From positions 640,001 through 704,000 of the forward strand of contig CAWISW010000003.1 of NCBI GenBank assembly GCA_963838925.1: 64,000 nucleotides of DNA, in the 5' to 3' direction. Positions within the stretch are counted from its first letter, which is position 1. Each line of letters begins with the position of its first letter. The DNA comes from an uncultured Nitrososphaerota archaeon (GTDB lineage Archaea > Thermoproteota > Nitrososphaeria > Nitrososphaerales > Gagatemarchaeaceae). The notes under the pieces were generated by a model, which did no database searches, was not told the DNA's origin, and saw only the letters and a program-made list of their open reading frames with translations. Both the position numbers and the translations under genes were made by a program. Below are positions 47,996 to 58,194 of the stretch, one piece after another.

Positions 47996-48790
47996 TCAGC
48001 GCTTCGCGGCGACCATGTAATAGCGCCCTCCCCAAGTCTTCAGCTCGACCCTTGTTCCTAGGCAGCGGGAGAGCTTCGCGCTCGTGAGCGTTGAGCCTAT
48101 CTTCCCGGACGCGACCACCCGCCCCTCCCTGAGGAGGAGCGCGTGCGTGAACCCCGGTGGCACGTCCTCCGTCCTGTGCGTCACCTCGATGAACGTGGGG
48201 CCTCCCCTCTCCGACAGCAGGGGCGCGAGGCCATCCAGGAAGCTCTCCCTCGACGCGATGTCGAGCCCCTCGCATGGCTCGTCCAGCACGAGGAGCCTCG
48301 GCCTCGGCATCAGCGCCCGCGCGATCGCGACCTTCTGCCTCTCGCCCTGCGAGAGCTCCGCCATGACCTTCCCACGCTGAGCCAGGCACCCCATCGCCTC
48401 GAGCAGGGACGCCGCCCTCGCCACGTCCCCCGCCCCGACCTTGCGCCAGACCCTGGTGGAGCCGAACTTCCCGCTCACGACGAGGTCCATCACCTTCTCG
48501 TCGCCGCCTATCATCCAGTCGAGGTAGGAGCTGACCAGCCCCGTCTCCTCCCTCAGCTCGCGGAGGTCCGCCTCTCCGAACCTCCTCCCCAGGACCGAGA
48601 CCTCGCCGCTCGAGGGCCACCTGTACCCGTTGATGATGCTGAGGAGGCTAGTCTTCCCCGCCCCGTTGGGGCCCACCACTACCCAGTTCTCGCCCGGCAT
48701 CACCCTCCAGTCCACGTGGCTGAGCACCCGCTTGCCGTCGAGGAATAGACTCACGTCTTCGAACGAGAGGACGGGCGCGCGGCTTGGCAT
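47996..48790 (-). CDS. ABC transporter ATP-binding protein (ModF/YlmA-like)
   Basis: GPNGAGKT, LSQGERQ, LVLDEP, VTH. Confidence 0.93.
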   Translation of the reverse strand: MPSRAPVLSFEDVSLFLDGKRVLSHVDWRVMPGENWVVVGPNGAGKTSLLSIINGYRWPSSGEVSVLGRRFGEADLRELREETGLVSSYLDWMIGGDEKVMDLVVSGKFGSTRVWRKVGAGDVARAASLLEAMGCLAQRGKVMAELSQGERQKVAIARALMPRPRLLVLDEPCEGLDIASRESFLDGLAPLLSERGGPTFIEVTHRTEDVPPGFTHALLLREGRVVASGKIGSTLTSAKLSRCLGTRVELKTWGGRYYMVAAKR

Positions 48791-48889
48791 CCTTAGGAAC
48801 GCCTCCGGCCGCCGCGGCCGCTTTAACCTTAGTCTCGCCATCGCCCAAGAAAGCAATAACAACGCCGCCGGGGAGGACGGAAGGGCACG

Positions 48890-50020
48890 TTGGATCTCAT
48901 CGAGCTAGCGAAGTCCCTCGTCGCGTTCAGGACGGAGATCCCGCCCGGGAACGAGGAGGGGTGCGCCCGGTACATCTACGACTTCCTGGCCGACCTTCGC
49001 ATCGACGGGGCGGAGCTCAGTCTCGACAGGTTCGAGGCGGGGAGGGCGAACGTCGTCGCAAGGTTCGGGCCGAGCGAGCCTGGCCTCCTGCTCGGAGGGC
49101 ACATCGACGTCGTCCCCGCGGGCGACGAGTCCGCCTGGTCGCATCCGCCTTTCGAGGGTGTCGTGAAGGGAGGGCGCCTCTACGGCAGGGGCTCAGCGGA
49201 CATGAAGACGGGGCTCGCGGCGATCCTCAAGGCGGTCGAGGCGGCCTCGAAGAAGAAGATGCGCCGCGGGCTGACGTTCGTCGCCACATCGGGGGAGGAG
49301 GTGGGGTTCGAAGGCCTCAAGGCGCTCTATGCGCGCAAGCTGATCCCCGAGGGCGCGGCGAGGTTCGGCGTCATGGGGGAGCCCACGAGCCTGCGCCCGA
49401 TCAGGGGCCACAAGGGGCTGGCCGACTTTAGAATAACCGTCAAGGGGAGGAGCGGCCACGCGAGCAGGCCTGACCTTGGGGTCAACGCGATAGAGAAGTG
49501 CGCGAGCATCATCGGCGCCCTCTCGACCTGGAGCCGCGGCCTGGGAAAGAGCCCCGACCGAGACCTCGGAAGCACGATCGCGACGGCCACCATTGTCAAG
49601 GGCGGGACCAAGAGCAACGTGATACCGGACTCCTGCGAGCTGATCGTTGACTCGCGGTGGATCCCCAAGCACGGGACGGCCTTCGTCGAGAGGGGCCTGA
49701 ACTCGGTGATCGCCTCCCTCAGGAGAAATGACCCAGCCCTCGACGCCGAGGTCGAGCTGATGTACGACAGCCCGGCGCTGAAGCTCCCCCGGGGCCACCC
49801 CGCAGTGAGGCTCGCGGAGTCGATAAGCGGGCTCAAGTCCGAGGTCGCGCCCTACGGCACCGAGGCCGCGCTGTACGCGATCCACGGCGTCCCCTCCATC
49901 GTCCTTGGCCCCGGGAACCTGAAGCAGGCCCACATAGTCGACGAGTTCGTGCAGGTCTCCGAGGCCAAGAAGGCCCTCTCCATCTACTCGAAGTTGATCC
50001 AGTCGGTCTGCCTGGCCTAG
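48890..50020 (+). CDS. M20 metallopeptidase (ArgE/DapE family)
   Basis: GHIDVVP, GRGSADMK, GEE, GEPT, GHAS, AHIVDE. Confidence 0.93.
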   Translation: MDLIELAKSLVAFRTEIPPGNEEGCARYIYDFLADLRIDGAELSLDRFEAGRANVVARFGPSEPGLLLGGHIDVVPAGDESAWSHPPFEGVVKGGRLYGRGSADMKTGLAAILKAVEAASKKKMRRGLTFVATSGEEVGFEGLKALYARKLIPEGAARFGVMGEPTSLRPIRGHKGLADFRITVKGRSGHASRPDLGVNAIEKCASIIGALSTWSRGLGKSPDRDLGSTIATATIVKGGTKSNVIPDSCELIVDSRWIPKHGTAFVERGLNSVIASLRRNDPALDAEVELMYDSPALKLPRGHPAVRLAESISGLKSEVAPYGTEAALYAIHGVPSIVLGPGNLKQAHIVDEFVQVSEAKKALSIYSKLIQSVCLA

Positions 50021-50024
50021 CGCG

Positions 50025-50807
50025 TCAGACGAAGACGAACGCGCTGCCTATCGCGTACAGAATCGCGGCCGCGGCCGCCCCGATGAGCAGCGTCTCGAGC
50101 CCGCTCCTCAGCGCCTTGCGCTTCACTATGCGCCCCTTCCATTCTCCCGCCCCGAACAAGAAGATCAGGGAAACGACGGCCGAGACGGTCACGGCGAGCG
50201 ACCTTCCCGAGACCAGGTAGTACGGGACCAGAGGGACGAGCGCCCCTAGCAGGAACGAGAGCCCTATCACAGCCCCGAGCTTGTAGGGGTTCTGCAGGCT
50301 ATGCTCGTGCACGTGGAGCTCGTTCGTGAGCATGTCCTCGAGGAACTTCTCCTTGTTGGTGAGCAGCCTCGCCACCACCATGTCAGCCTCCTGCTCCGTC
50401 AGGCCCTTGTCCATGTAGATCCACTTCAGCTCAAGCTTCTCCTCGTCCGTCTCGTTCTCCATCTCGTAGGCCTCCCTCGCCGAGTCCGCCTTGAAGAGGT
50501 CGTGCTCGGACCGCGCGCTCAGGATCCCGCCGAAGAACATCGAGACCGTCCCGGCGAGCATCGCGGCGAGCCCGGCGAAACGGATGAGCGAGTCGCTCGA
50601 GACGGCGCCGCTGAACCCCGTGAGGAACGCGAGGTTCGTTATCAGGCCGTCTGCCAGGCCCAGGGCGGAGGCGGATATCAGCCCCCTCCCCGCTATGTGC
50701 GGGTGCCTCTCCACGTACGCGTCGTGCACCGTGGTCTGCGACTGGCCCGAGCCGCTGGGCTGGGCGGGGGACTGGGCCACCGAGACCGGGTCGTGCTCAT
50801 CTGGCAT
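50025..50807 (-). CDS. VIT1/CCC1 family Fe/Mn transporter
   Basis: LGLADGL, AGTVSMFFG, SFLLGALVPLVPY. Confidence 0.9.
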   Translation of the reverse strand: MPDEHDPVSVAQSPAQPSGSGQSQTTVHDAYVERHPHIAGRGLISASALGLADGLITNLAFLTGFSGAVSSDSLIRFAGLAAMLAGTVSMFFGGILSARSEHDLFKADSAREAYEMENETDEEKLELKWIYMDKGLTEQEADMVVARLLTNKEKFLEDMLTNELHVHEHSLQNPYKLGAVIGLSFLLGALVPLVPYYLVSGRSLAVTVSAVVSLIFLFGAGEWKGRIVKRKALRSGLETLLIGAAAAAILYAIGSAFVFV

Positions 50808-50898
50808 CCGGAAAACGGGGCCTCCGAGCCCCTCTGACCTTATAGGCGTTTGCCGGGCGTTCGGCTTATAACGCTCCGCCCGGGGGACCTGCTCCTGC

Positions 50899-51447
50899 AT
50901 GTCGCTCATGGACAGACGGGGCGAGTACAAGTGGCCGAAGACCGCGCTCGCCGACGTCAGCATAATCCTGGACAAGGGCGTCGTCCCGTTGGACGAGAGC
51001 GTCGGGATCACCGTGGGCTTCCGCGTCGTCGGTGGGCTCAGGGAGTCGTTCGCCCCCAGCGTGTGGACGATGGCGTGGGAGGACAACGACAAGCTCGTCA
51101 GGCTCATGATGGACAGCACCGTCTCGGCGGGGAAGAGGCTGGCCACCACCGGGAAGGAGGTCAGGAGGGCGAGGTTCTACTGGAGCAGGGACCCCGACCT
51201 TCCCTACAGGATCTGGGCGGCCGTGGTGCACGAGGACGGAGGGGCGCCCATCATCCCCGTCAGCGTGGAGGACGCGCGCATGAAGTTCCTCGACGTGGTG
51301 AAGAGGTTCGAAGTCCCGGCCAAGTCCCTCGGAAGGGGGACGCACAGGCTCGTCGCCAGCGTCAACGTGGCCTGGGGGCGCAGGACGTACCTCGAGAAGG
51401 GGAAGACCTCGGGCAAGTCCAAGCCTGTAGAGGTAAAGATAGAGTGA
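50899..51447 (+). CDS. Hypothetical protein
   Basis: 182 aa; TTATAA 33 nt upstream; GTGA overlap with the OsmC gene. Confidence 0.8.
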   Translation: MSLMDRRGEYKWPKTALADVSIILDKGVVPLDESVGITVGFRVVGGLRESFAPSVWTMAWEDNDKLVRLMMDSTVSAGKRLATTGKEVRRARFYWSRDPDLPYRIWAAVVHEDGGAPIIPVSVEDARMKFLDVVKRFEVPAKSLGRGTHRLVASVNVAWGRRTYLEKGKTSGKSKPVEVKIE

Positions 51448-51905
51448 GCTCCGACCCCGCCACCACGACCTCCAAGGTCGACGTGGAGTGGGTAGAGGAC
51501 AACCTCTTCCTCGGCAGCGACGAGGAGGGGCACGCCGTCGTCTTCGACTCGTCCCTCTCGGCCTCGCCCTCGAAGAAGGGGGCGCGCACGAGGGGCATCG
51601 GGCCCATGAAAGCGCTCCTGACGTCCCTCGGCGCCTGCTCGGGGATGGACGTCACCGCGATCCTTCACAAGCGGAGACAGAAGCTGGACTCCCTCAGGGT
51701 GGAGGTCACGGGGAAGCGCCCTCAGTACGGCCATCCGAAGCCCTACACAGAGATCCACCTGAAGTTCCTCGTCAGCGGACCCGCGCTCGAGGAGAGGTAC
51801 GTGAAGGAGGCCGTGACCGACAGCGTCACGAAGTTCTGCAGCGTCGCGGCCACAATCGACGGGAAGGCGAACGTGACCTTCTCCTACGAGATAGCCCGGC
51901 CCTAG
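51444..51905 (+). CDS. OsmC/YhfA family protein
   Basis: PMKALLTSLGACSGMDV, KFCSVAAT. Confidence 0.92.
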   Translation: MSSDPATTTSKVDVEWVEDNLFLGSDEEGHAVVFDSSLSASPSKKGARTRGIGPMKALLTSLGACSGMDVTAILHKRRQKLDSLRVEVTGKRPQYGHPKPYTEIHLKFLVSGPALEERYVKEAVTDSVTKFCSVAATIDGKANVTFSYEIARP

Positions 51906-52933
51906 GTCGTCAGCACGATCTTCCCAAAGTGCTCGCTCTTCTCCATCCGGACCTGCGCGTCCTTCGCCCTGCTCAGTGGCATCGCGATGTCCACGACGGG
52001 CCTGAGCCTCCTCTGCTTGAACAGCTCGAGCACCCGGAGCAGCTCTCCGCTGCCTCCCATGTAGCTCCCGAAAATCGTGATCTCCTTGGAGAAGACGTAC
52101 CTGAGGTCCGTGACCGCGTCGAACCCCGTCGTGGCGCCGCACGTGACTATCCTCCCGCCCCTCGCGACAGACTTTACGCTCTCCTCCCACGTCGCCTTCC
52201 CCGGGTGCTCCACCACGACGTCCACGCCCCTCCCCTCGGTGTACTTCCTCGCCTCCTCTGAGACCTTCTTGGTGCTGTGGTTCACCGTGTAGTCGGCTCC
52301 CAGCTCCACCGCCTTCCGCAGCTTGGGCTCGCTCCCCGCGGTCGCCACGACGTTGGCGTTGAACGCCTTCGCTATCTGGATGGCCGCTATCCCGACCCCC
52401 GACCCCGCGCCCAGCACCAGCACCGTCTCCCCGGGCTGGACCCTCGCCTTGGTCGCGAGCATGTGGTATGCGGTCAGGAAGGACAGCGGTACGGATGCGG
52501 CCTGGACGAAGTCCATCCTCTCGGGCTTTGGGAGGACGTTCCTCGCGGGGACCGCCACGAGCTCCGCGTACCCCCCGTCGGCCTCGTTCCCGATGATGGA
52601 GTAGCGGCGGCACTGGTTGTCCATCCCGCTCAGGCACTTCTCGCACCTCCCGCACCCGACCCCCGGGCTGACGATGACCTCCATCCCCTTCCTAAGCTCC
52701 TTCTCATTCGGCGAGACCTCCTCGACCACGCCCGCGATGTCGCACCCCGGGATGTGGGGGAGCCGGGGCTTGGAGTAGGGCGGCCCTATCCTCCCCCAGA
52801 TGTCGAGGTGGTTCAGCGCGCAGGCCTTCACCCTGATCAGGGCCTGGTCGGGGCCGAACAGCACCGGGTCGGGCGCGTCCTCGTATTGCAGGACCTCAGG
52901 CCCCCCGTGCTGGTGGAATCTCACTGCCTTCAT
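51902..52933 (-). CDS. Zinc-binding MDR dehydrogenase/quinone oxidoreductase
   Basis: MKAVRFHQHGGPEVL, LNHLD, CGRCEKC, GAGSGVG, HFGKIVL. Confidence 0.95.
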   Translation of the reverse strand: MKAVRFHQHGGPEVLQYEDAPDPVLFGPDQALIRVKACALNHLDIWGRIGPPYSKPRLPHIPGCDIAGVVEEVSPNEKELRKGMEVIVSPGVGCGRCEKCLSGMDNQCRRYSIIGNEADGGYAELVAVPARNVLPKPERMDFVQAASVPLSFLTAYHMLATKARVQPGETVLVLGAGSGVGIAAIQIAKAFNANVVATAGSEPKLRKAVELGADYTVNHSTKKVSEEARKYTEGRGVDVVVEHPGKATWEESVKSVARGGRIVTCGATTGFDAVTDLRYVFSKEITIFGSYMGGSGELLRVLELFKQRRLRPVVDIAMPLSRAKDAQVRMEKSEHFGKIVLTT

Positions 52934-52981
52934 GCGTCATTCCCGCCGGACCGCTCCCTTATACGAGATATCGTCCCGCGC

Positions 52982-53590
52982 TCACTCTGGCGGGCGGATG
53001 CGCGTGAAGAGCAGGCCCAGCCCGAACCCGCCAGCGACGCCGAAGACGTGCGCGTAGTCGTTGACGCCCGGCCCCGAGCTCGCGATCAGGATGAAGACCG
53101 CGTAGACGAGCGCCAGCGCTATGTTGGCGAGGTTGTGGTTCCTCGCCGCGTATGAGCCCACGAGCCCGAAGATCGCCCCCGATGCCCCTCCTGTCTGGAC
53201 GTCGAGCGGGATCAGGAAGAGGGAGACAGCGTTGCCCAGCAGGCCCGCCCCGAAGTAGATCGAGAGGTACTCTGCCCTCGAGTATGAGATCTCGTTCAGC
53301 CTCCCGAAGTAGTAGAGCGCGATCATGTTGAACCCGATGTGGAAGATGTCGAAGTGCACGAACATCGACGTGAATATCTGCCAGTAGTCTCCTCCGAAGA
53401 ACGTGCTCCCCGTCTGGGTCAGCGCCGCGTAGAACGGCTCTCCCCCTATCTGCATCACGACGTAGACGACGACGTTCGCCGCCATCAGCGAGTAGGTGAC
53501 CGCCATCGAGTACTTCTGCCCGTACTGCATCGGGGAAGGGAACATCAACGCTCTTTTCAGCCTCGGATTACTTTCACTCTGCTCCCCCAA
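52982..53590 (-). CDS. Rhomboid intramembrane serine protease
   Basis: TSMFVH..HIGFNM, GASGAIFG, AHVFG; start could be ATG 53545. Confidence 0.92.
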   Translation of the reverse strand: MGEQSESNPRLKRALMFPSPMQYGQKYSMAVTYSLMAANVVVYVVMQIGGEPFYAALTQTGSTFFGGDYWQIFTSMFVHFDIFHIGFNMIALYYFGRLNEISYSRAEYLSIYFGAGLLGNAVSLFLIPLDVQTGGASGAIFGLVGSYAARNHNLANIALALVYAVFILIASSGPGVNDYAHVFGVAGGFGLGLLFTRIRPPE

Positions 53591-53630
53591 TCACGGTTAT
53601 ATAGAATCGGGGACAAGATTTTCTTCTGCG

Positions 53631-54788
53631 ATGAGCTTCCATCACTCTCTTTTCAAGAACGAGAGCGTGCTCGTCCCAGAGTACGTCCCCGCGACGATAC
53701 CGCACCGCGGGGTCCAGATGAGGGAGCTGGAGGCCTACTTCCAGGGAGTGGCCGAGCGCCCCGAGAGCTTCAGCCAGAACGTCCTGCTGTACGGGCCTGT
53801 CGGGTCGGGGAAGACTCTACTCGCGAAGAAGCTCGGCCTGGCGCTCGAGAAGAAGGCCGCCACGTACGGCAACCGCGTCAAGTTCCTGCACGTCAACTGC
53901 CGGATCGACAGGTCGCTGGTCGCGATATTCAACAAGGCGCTCCGGAGCCTCGGGCACGTCTACCCGTCGAGGGGGCTCAGCTTCGAGGAGCTGACGCAGG
54001 CGCTCTTCGAGGAGCTGAGGAGGGACAGGGTGCACATGGTGGTGGCCTTCGACGAGGTCGACGCCCTGGTCGAGTCCGACCCTTCCTCGCTCTACACGAT
54101 AACCAGGATCAGGGAGCTGGCGCAGGACGCCCAGGCGTTCTCCTCCCTGCTGATCTCGAAGACGCTGGACTACGTGAAGATGGTCGACCTGAGCACGCTC
54201 AGCTCGCTGCAGTGGAACGCGATATCGCTCGACCCGTACTCCGCAGAGCAGCTCTACGACATCCTCCTCTCCAGAAGCCAGCAGGCCTTCCGCGAAGGGT
54301 GCGTGGATGACGAGCTGCTCCAGATGGTCGCCGAGCTGGCGAGCATCTACGGCGACGCGAGGTACGCCCTCGACCTGCTCCACAGGGCGGGCACGCTGGC
54401 GGAGATGTCCGACTCTGACAAGGTGATGCCGGAGCACGTGAGGCGCGCGAAGGCCTCCCTCCCCCCGCAGTTCAGGAAGGAGGAGCTCGTCTACCTCGAC
54501 AAGCACCAGCGCGTCATGCTAATGGCGATTTCGGGCATGCTCCAGAAGAGCGAGGCCCCGTTCACCACCATCGGCGAGGTGGAGAAGAACTACAACGCCC
54601 TGTGCGAGTCGATGGGGATAGCCCCGAACCACCACACGCAGGTCTGGAACGACGTGAACGAGCTCGCGAGGAAGGGGATCATCGAGACGCAGCTCTCGGG
54701 CAAGGGGTTCAGGGGGAGGACCACGATGATAGGCCTCTCGATGGTCTCGGCCGAGCAGCTGATCGAAGAGCTGCACAAAGAGGCGTGA
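53631..54788 (+). CDS. cdc6: Orc1/Cdc6 replication initiator
   Basis: EYVPATIPHR, GPVGSGKT, HVNC, FDEVD, PYSAEQL, GDARYAL, C-terminal wHTH with GFRGRT. Confidence 0.95.
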   Translation: MSFHHSLFKNESVLVPEYVPATIPHRGVQMRELEAYFQGVAERPESFSQNVLLYGPVGSGKTLLAKKLGLALEKKAATYGNRVKFLHVNCRIDRSLVAIFNKALRSLGHVYPSRGLSFEELTQALFEELRRDRVHMVVAFDEVDALVESDPSSLYTITRIRELAQDAQAFSSLLISKTLDYVKMVDLSTLSSLQWNAISLDPYSAEQLYDILLSRSQQAFREGCVDDELLQMVAELASIYGDARYALDLLHRAGTLAEMSDSDKVMPEHVRRAKASLPPQFRKEELVYLDKHQRVMLMAISGMLQKSEAPFTTIGEVEKNYNALCESMGIAPNHHTQVWNDVNELARKGIIETQLSGKGFRGRTTMIGLSMVSAEQLIEELHKEA

Positions 54789-54854
54789 GAGGGACGGGGC
54801 GCGACAACGACAGCGAGAAAGACAGCGCCGCGCCAGCCTAGGCAGGCCCCTCAG

Positions 54855-55154
54855 GTGGAGGAGCTCTTCTCCTCGTACGGGCGGGTGAAGATAATGGGCA
54901 TAATGATGGAGAGCAACGAGCTCAACATCTCGGAGATCACGCGCAGGTCGGGGATATCCCACTCGTCGGTGGAGGTCCACCTGGAGCTCCTCGTGGAGTC
55001 GGGCCTCCTGACTGAGAAGAGGTTCAACAGGATAAGGATCTTCAGGGTCAACCACTCCAACCCGTACACGAACGCGGTGGGGCGCTTCCTATCGGAGTGG
55101 AGGTCGATCTCGTCGGAGTCGTCCAGCCAGGCCGTGGCGAGGGCCTTCAGCTAG
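54855..55154 (+). CDS. Small winged-helix (ArsR-like) regulator
   Basis: EELFSSYGRVKI, ELNISEITRR, HLELLVESGLLTEKRF. Confidence 0.88.
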   Translation: MEELFSSYGRVKIMGIMMESNELNISEITRRSGISHSSVEVHLELLVESGLLTEKRFNRIRIFRVNHSNPYTNAVGRFLSEWRSISSESSSQAVARAFS

Positions 55155-55507
55155 TCCTTCAGGTTCGCGTCGAACGTCTTGGAGTAGAGGCCGAAGACCG
55201 ACTTCTCCGGCGCGTGGTCTGCGCAGAGGCAGTAGGTCGAGACGCTTGTCCTGTCGCAAGACGAGAGATAGGGGCACCCCTCGCAGGCGGGCTTTCCGCA
55301 CACAAAGCACCTGAGGGTGAGCTCGACGTCAATCCCTGCCGAGCGCAGGGTCATGACCGCCCCGGGGATGTCGGTGCTCGCGTCGAACTTGAAGCCCGTC
55401 GACTTTTCGTACACGACTCCCTGCTTCCTGACGAGAGTCGACCAGACCTCGGTCCCAAGGCGAGGGAGGTCGAACCACCCTCCCACGAGAACCTTCTTCT
55501 CCGCCAC
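55151..55507 (-). CDS. Cys-rich zinc-binding hypothetical protein
   Basis: CFVCGKPACEGCPYLSSC...YCLCADH; abuts rfcL. Confidence 0.8.
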   Translation of the reverse strand: MAEKKVLVGGWFDLPRLGTEVWSTLVRKQGVVYEKSTGFKFDASTDIPGAVMTLRSAGIDVELTLRCFVCGKPACEGCPYLSSCDRTSVSTYCLCADHAPEKSVFGLYSKTFDANLKD

Positions 55508-56718
55508 TACCTCCCCGCCTCCTTGACGAGGAACCTGTCGTAGGACTCTAGGAGGTCGGGATCGGCGTCCAGGCCCATCGCGTGTTCAAAGTCCTCCCTG
55601 AACTTCTTCCTCGCGCAGAGGGCGAAGACGTAGGGCATGTCCTGGGAGCGCGCGCTCATCCCGCTCGTCCCACCCTTCGAGGCGTACCTAAGCGAGAGCT
55701 CTGTGATCTTCTTCGAGTCGTTCCATATGCGCGAGAGGACGGGGAAGGGGAGGTCGTCCTGCGGCGAGTGCTTCACCGCTCTCCCCTTGACAATCGGGTA
55801 GAGCTCGTCGACGAAGAGCTTGTCCATGTACCGGAGCAGCCTCCACTCGCCGGCCTTCATCATCTTCCCAATGAGGATGTCTGCGCTCGAGACCACCTCG
55901 AGCGCCCTCGCGAGCTCGGGCGCCGGGAGGCCCGACCTGACGATGCTCCTGTGGAACTCCCTCACCTTCTCGAACGGGGACATGGAGATGGCCCTCAGGG
56001 CCGCTGCGGCCTCGTCCTTGTCCGCCGCCCCGAAGAACCCGTTGAATGCCTCGCTCACCGTCCGGTCCTGGTCCTTGTAGTACCCCTTCGTCCCCTCCTT
56101 CATTGTCAGCAGCGGCCTGCTCTGGAGGAGGTTCACGGCGTTCCTCACGTCCCCCGCCGAGTCGGTCACGTACCTGCGGAGCTCCTCGTCGCCGAGCTCC
56201 ACGCCCTCCTTCGCGGCTATCTCCCTGAGGTACATCTCCACCTCCCTGGGCGGAGGGGGCCTGAACCTCACCGCGAGGCACGAGCTCGCGAGCTTCTTGA
56301 TCTCACTAGAGTCGGGGTCGTTCGCGGCCATCACTATCGGGTTCTGGCTTTCCTTGACGGACTCTTTGATGAACTCCACCGCCCCTATGTCGGCCCTCCC
56401 CGCGAGTCCGTCCACCTCGTCGAGGAAGATCAGCGACCTCTCGCCGAACAGACTGACCGTGCTCATCGCCTCCCCCATCTTCTTTTGGAGCTTGTCCTTC
56501 GTCCTGACGTCGCTCGCGTTGAGGTCGATCAGGTTCATGCCGCTCGCCTTTGCGAGCAAGGTGACGAACGTGGTCTTGCCTGTCCCCGGGGGTCCCACAA
56601 GGAGCGCCGCCTTGGTCCCGGGCTTCCACTTCTTGAGCCACAGCGCGAGCGCGAGCCTCGCCTCCTCGTTCCCGATGAGGCGGTCAGGCTTGTCCGGCCG
56701 GTACTTCTCGGACCACAT
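55507..56718 (-). CDS. rfcL: Replication factor C large subunit
   Basis: MWSEKYRP, GPPGTGKTT, LNASDVR, LDEVDG, GDVRNAVN. Confidence 0.93.
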   Translation of the reverse strand: MWSEKYRPDKPDRLIGNEEARLALALWLKKWKPGTKAALLVGPPGTGKTTFVTLLAKASGMNLIDLNASDVRTKDKLQKKMGEAMSTVSLFGERSLIFLDEVDGLAGRADIGAVEFIKESVKESQNPIVMAANDPDSSEIKKLASSCLAVRFRPPPPREVEMYLREIAAKEGVELGDEELRRYVTDSAGDVRNAVNLLQSRPLLTMKEGTKGYYKDQDRTVSEAFNGFFGAADKDEAAAALRAISMSPFEKVREFHRSIVRSGLPAPELARALEVVSSADILIGKMMKAGEWRLLRYMDKLFVDELYPIVKGRAVKHSPQDDLPFPVLSRIWNDSKKITELSLRYASKGGTSGMSARSQDMPYVFALCARKKFREDFEHAMGLDADPDLLESYDRFLVKEAGR

Positions 56719-56722
56719 CCTC

Positions 56723-57568
56723 CTAGAACGCGCCTCCGATGAAGACAACCAGGCCCAAGAGCATCCCCATCAGAGCGGTCTTCTTGACGGACAGCGCCCC
56801 CTTCACGTCCGCGTGGGTCACTATCCTGTAGGCGAGGTAGACGAACGCCGCGTCCGGGAGGACGACCCCGACCTTGTAGAAGACGCTAACTGAGATCAAG
56901 AGAAGCGGGAGTACGCTCGTGACCACCGCAAGCAGGAAGAAGACCGCCCCGAGCGCGGCGGCTGACCTCAGCCCGTGGACGCTGGCGTACGACCTCACGC
57001 CCCTCTTCTGGTCTCCAGGGACGTCCGCCATCGCCTTTACCACCTCCCTCCCGACGCCAGCCAGGAACGAGGTGGAGGCCATGAAGAGGAGGAGCGAGTC
57101 GAGCACCTGCCCGCCCGAGATGACCCCTCCGTAGATGAACGGGATCGCGAGGGACGAAGCGACGACCAGGTTGCCCGCGAGGCCGTACTTCTTGGCCCGG
57201 AAGTCGTAGAGCCATGCGAGGAGGGAGTAGAGGGCCACGATCAGGACGGCGCCGACGTTTACGAGCACGGCGGTCGCGGCGAACCCCACGACCAGCATCA
57301 CGACCGCGATGCCCACCGCCCCGCCCTTCGAGACCTGCCCGCTCGGGAGGGGCCTTGTGGGCTGGTTCACCCTGTCCACCTCGATGTCGTAGTAGTCGTT
57401 GACCACCATGGAGAAGGCGCAGATCGCGAAGCCAGTCACGAACCCCATCGCTATCCCGAGCGGCGAGAGAGACGAGGGCTTCGACACGAAGTAGCCCACG
57501 ATGACCGCGAATCCTATCATCGCGCAGTTGACCGGTCTGATTATCGAGATTGAAGCCTTGAGGTTCAA
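56723..57568 (-). CDS. Digeranylgeranylglyceryl phosphate synthase (UbiA family)
   Basis: RPVNC, NDYYDIEVDRVNQPTRPLPSG, GNLVVA, GREVVK...D..GD. Confidence 0.9.
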   Translation of the reverse strand: MNLKASISIIRPVNCAMIGFAVIVGYFVSKPSSLSPLGIAMGFVTGFAICAFSMVVNDYYDIEVDRVNQPTRPLPSGQVSKGGAVGIAVVMLVVGFAATAVLVNVGAVLIVALYSLLAWLYDFRAKKYGLAGNLVVASSLAIPFIYGGVISGGQVLDSLLLFMASTSFLAGVGREVVKAMADVPGDQKRGVRSYASVHGLRSAAALGAVFFLLAVVTSVLPLLLISVSVFYKVGVVLPDAAFVYLAYRIVTHADVKGALSVKKTALMGMLLGLVVFIGGAF

Positions 57569-57589
57569 GGTCGCTGCGCCAGAGAACCC

Positions 57590-58177
57590 CTACTTGCGGA
57601 ATGTCGCCTTGGTCACCCTGTAGTAGATGACCTCTCCCCTGCGCTCGATGACCGCGACTATCGCCTCCTTCCCCATCCTCACTATCTGCTTGACCGAGTC
57701 CCTGAGGTCCCCCAGGCTCTTCTCGGTCCCCTCGTCGAGCGCGAATATCACGAACTTCGCCGCCTTGGCCGGGAAGTCACCCCTCTCGTAGACCCTGAGG
57801 TCGGTCCCGAAGCCGAACCCGTCCTTGACCACGTACCCCCTGCTCCTGAGGTCCCTATAGATGATGAACTTGGTCCAAGAGTCCTTGACCCTCGCCTGGT
57901 TCGCCTTTGCCAGCTCCTCGAAGGAGACGCCCTTCCCCTTGGCGTCCTTGAGGGCCATCTTCCCAGAGTACAACAGGTAGAGCGCCTCGAAGTCCTTGAG
58001 CCTGATCCCCTTTCCCTGCCGCTCGCCGTACCCGCCCTCCTCCAGCTCGCCGAACCTGTCGCTCTGGTCCACGACGACTGACCCGCTCTTGTCGATGGTG
58101 CCCGCTAAGGGGTTGTTCGGCTGCTGTGAAGGCTGCTCCTGGACCTCCATCTGTGGCCCGCGAACCCGCCGAGTCAT
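57590..58177 (-). CDS. endA: tRNA-splicing endonuclease subunit (probably structural; the catalytic His is not evident)
   Basis: EALYL, YRDLRSRGYVVKDGFGFGTDLRVYERG, AVIERRGEVIYY. Confidence 0.88.
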   Translation of the reverse strand: MTRRVRGPQMEVQEQPSQQPNNPLAGTIDKSGSVVVDQSDRFGELEEGGYGERQGKGIRLKDFEALYLLYSGKMALKDAKGKGVSFEELAKANQARVKDSWTKFIIYRDLRSRGYVVKDGFGFGTDLRVYERGDFPAKAAKFVIFALDEGTEKSLGDLRDSVKQIVRMGKEAIVAVIERRGEVIYYRVTKATFRK

Positions 58178-58194
58178 AATAAGGGTTTCAAGAG

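Noticed and set aside
53590-55154. Replication origin beside cdc6
   Set aside because: Upstream gap is only ~40 bp; no ORB repeats or AT-rich unwinding element visible.
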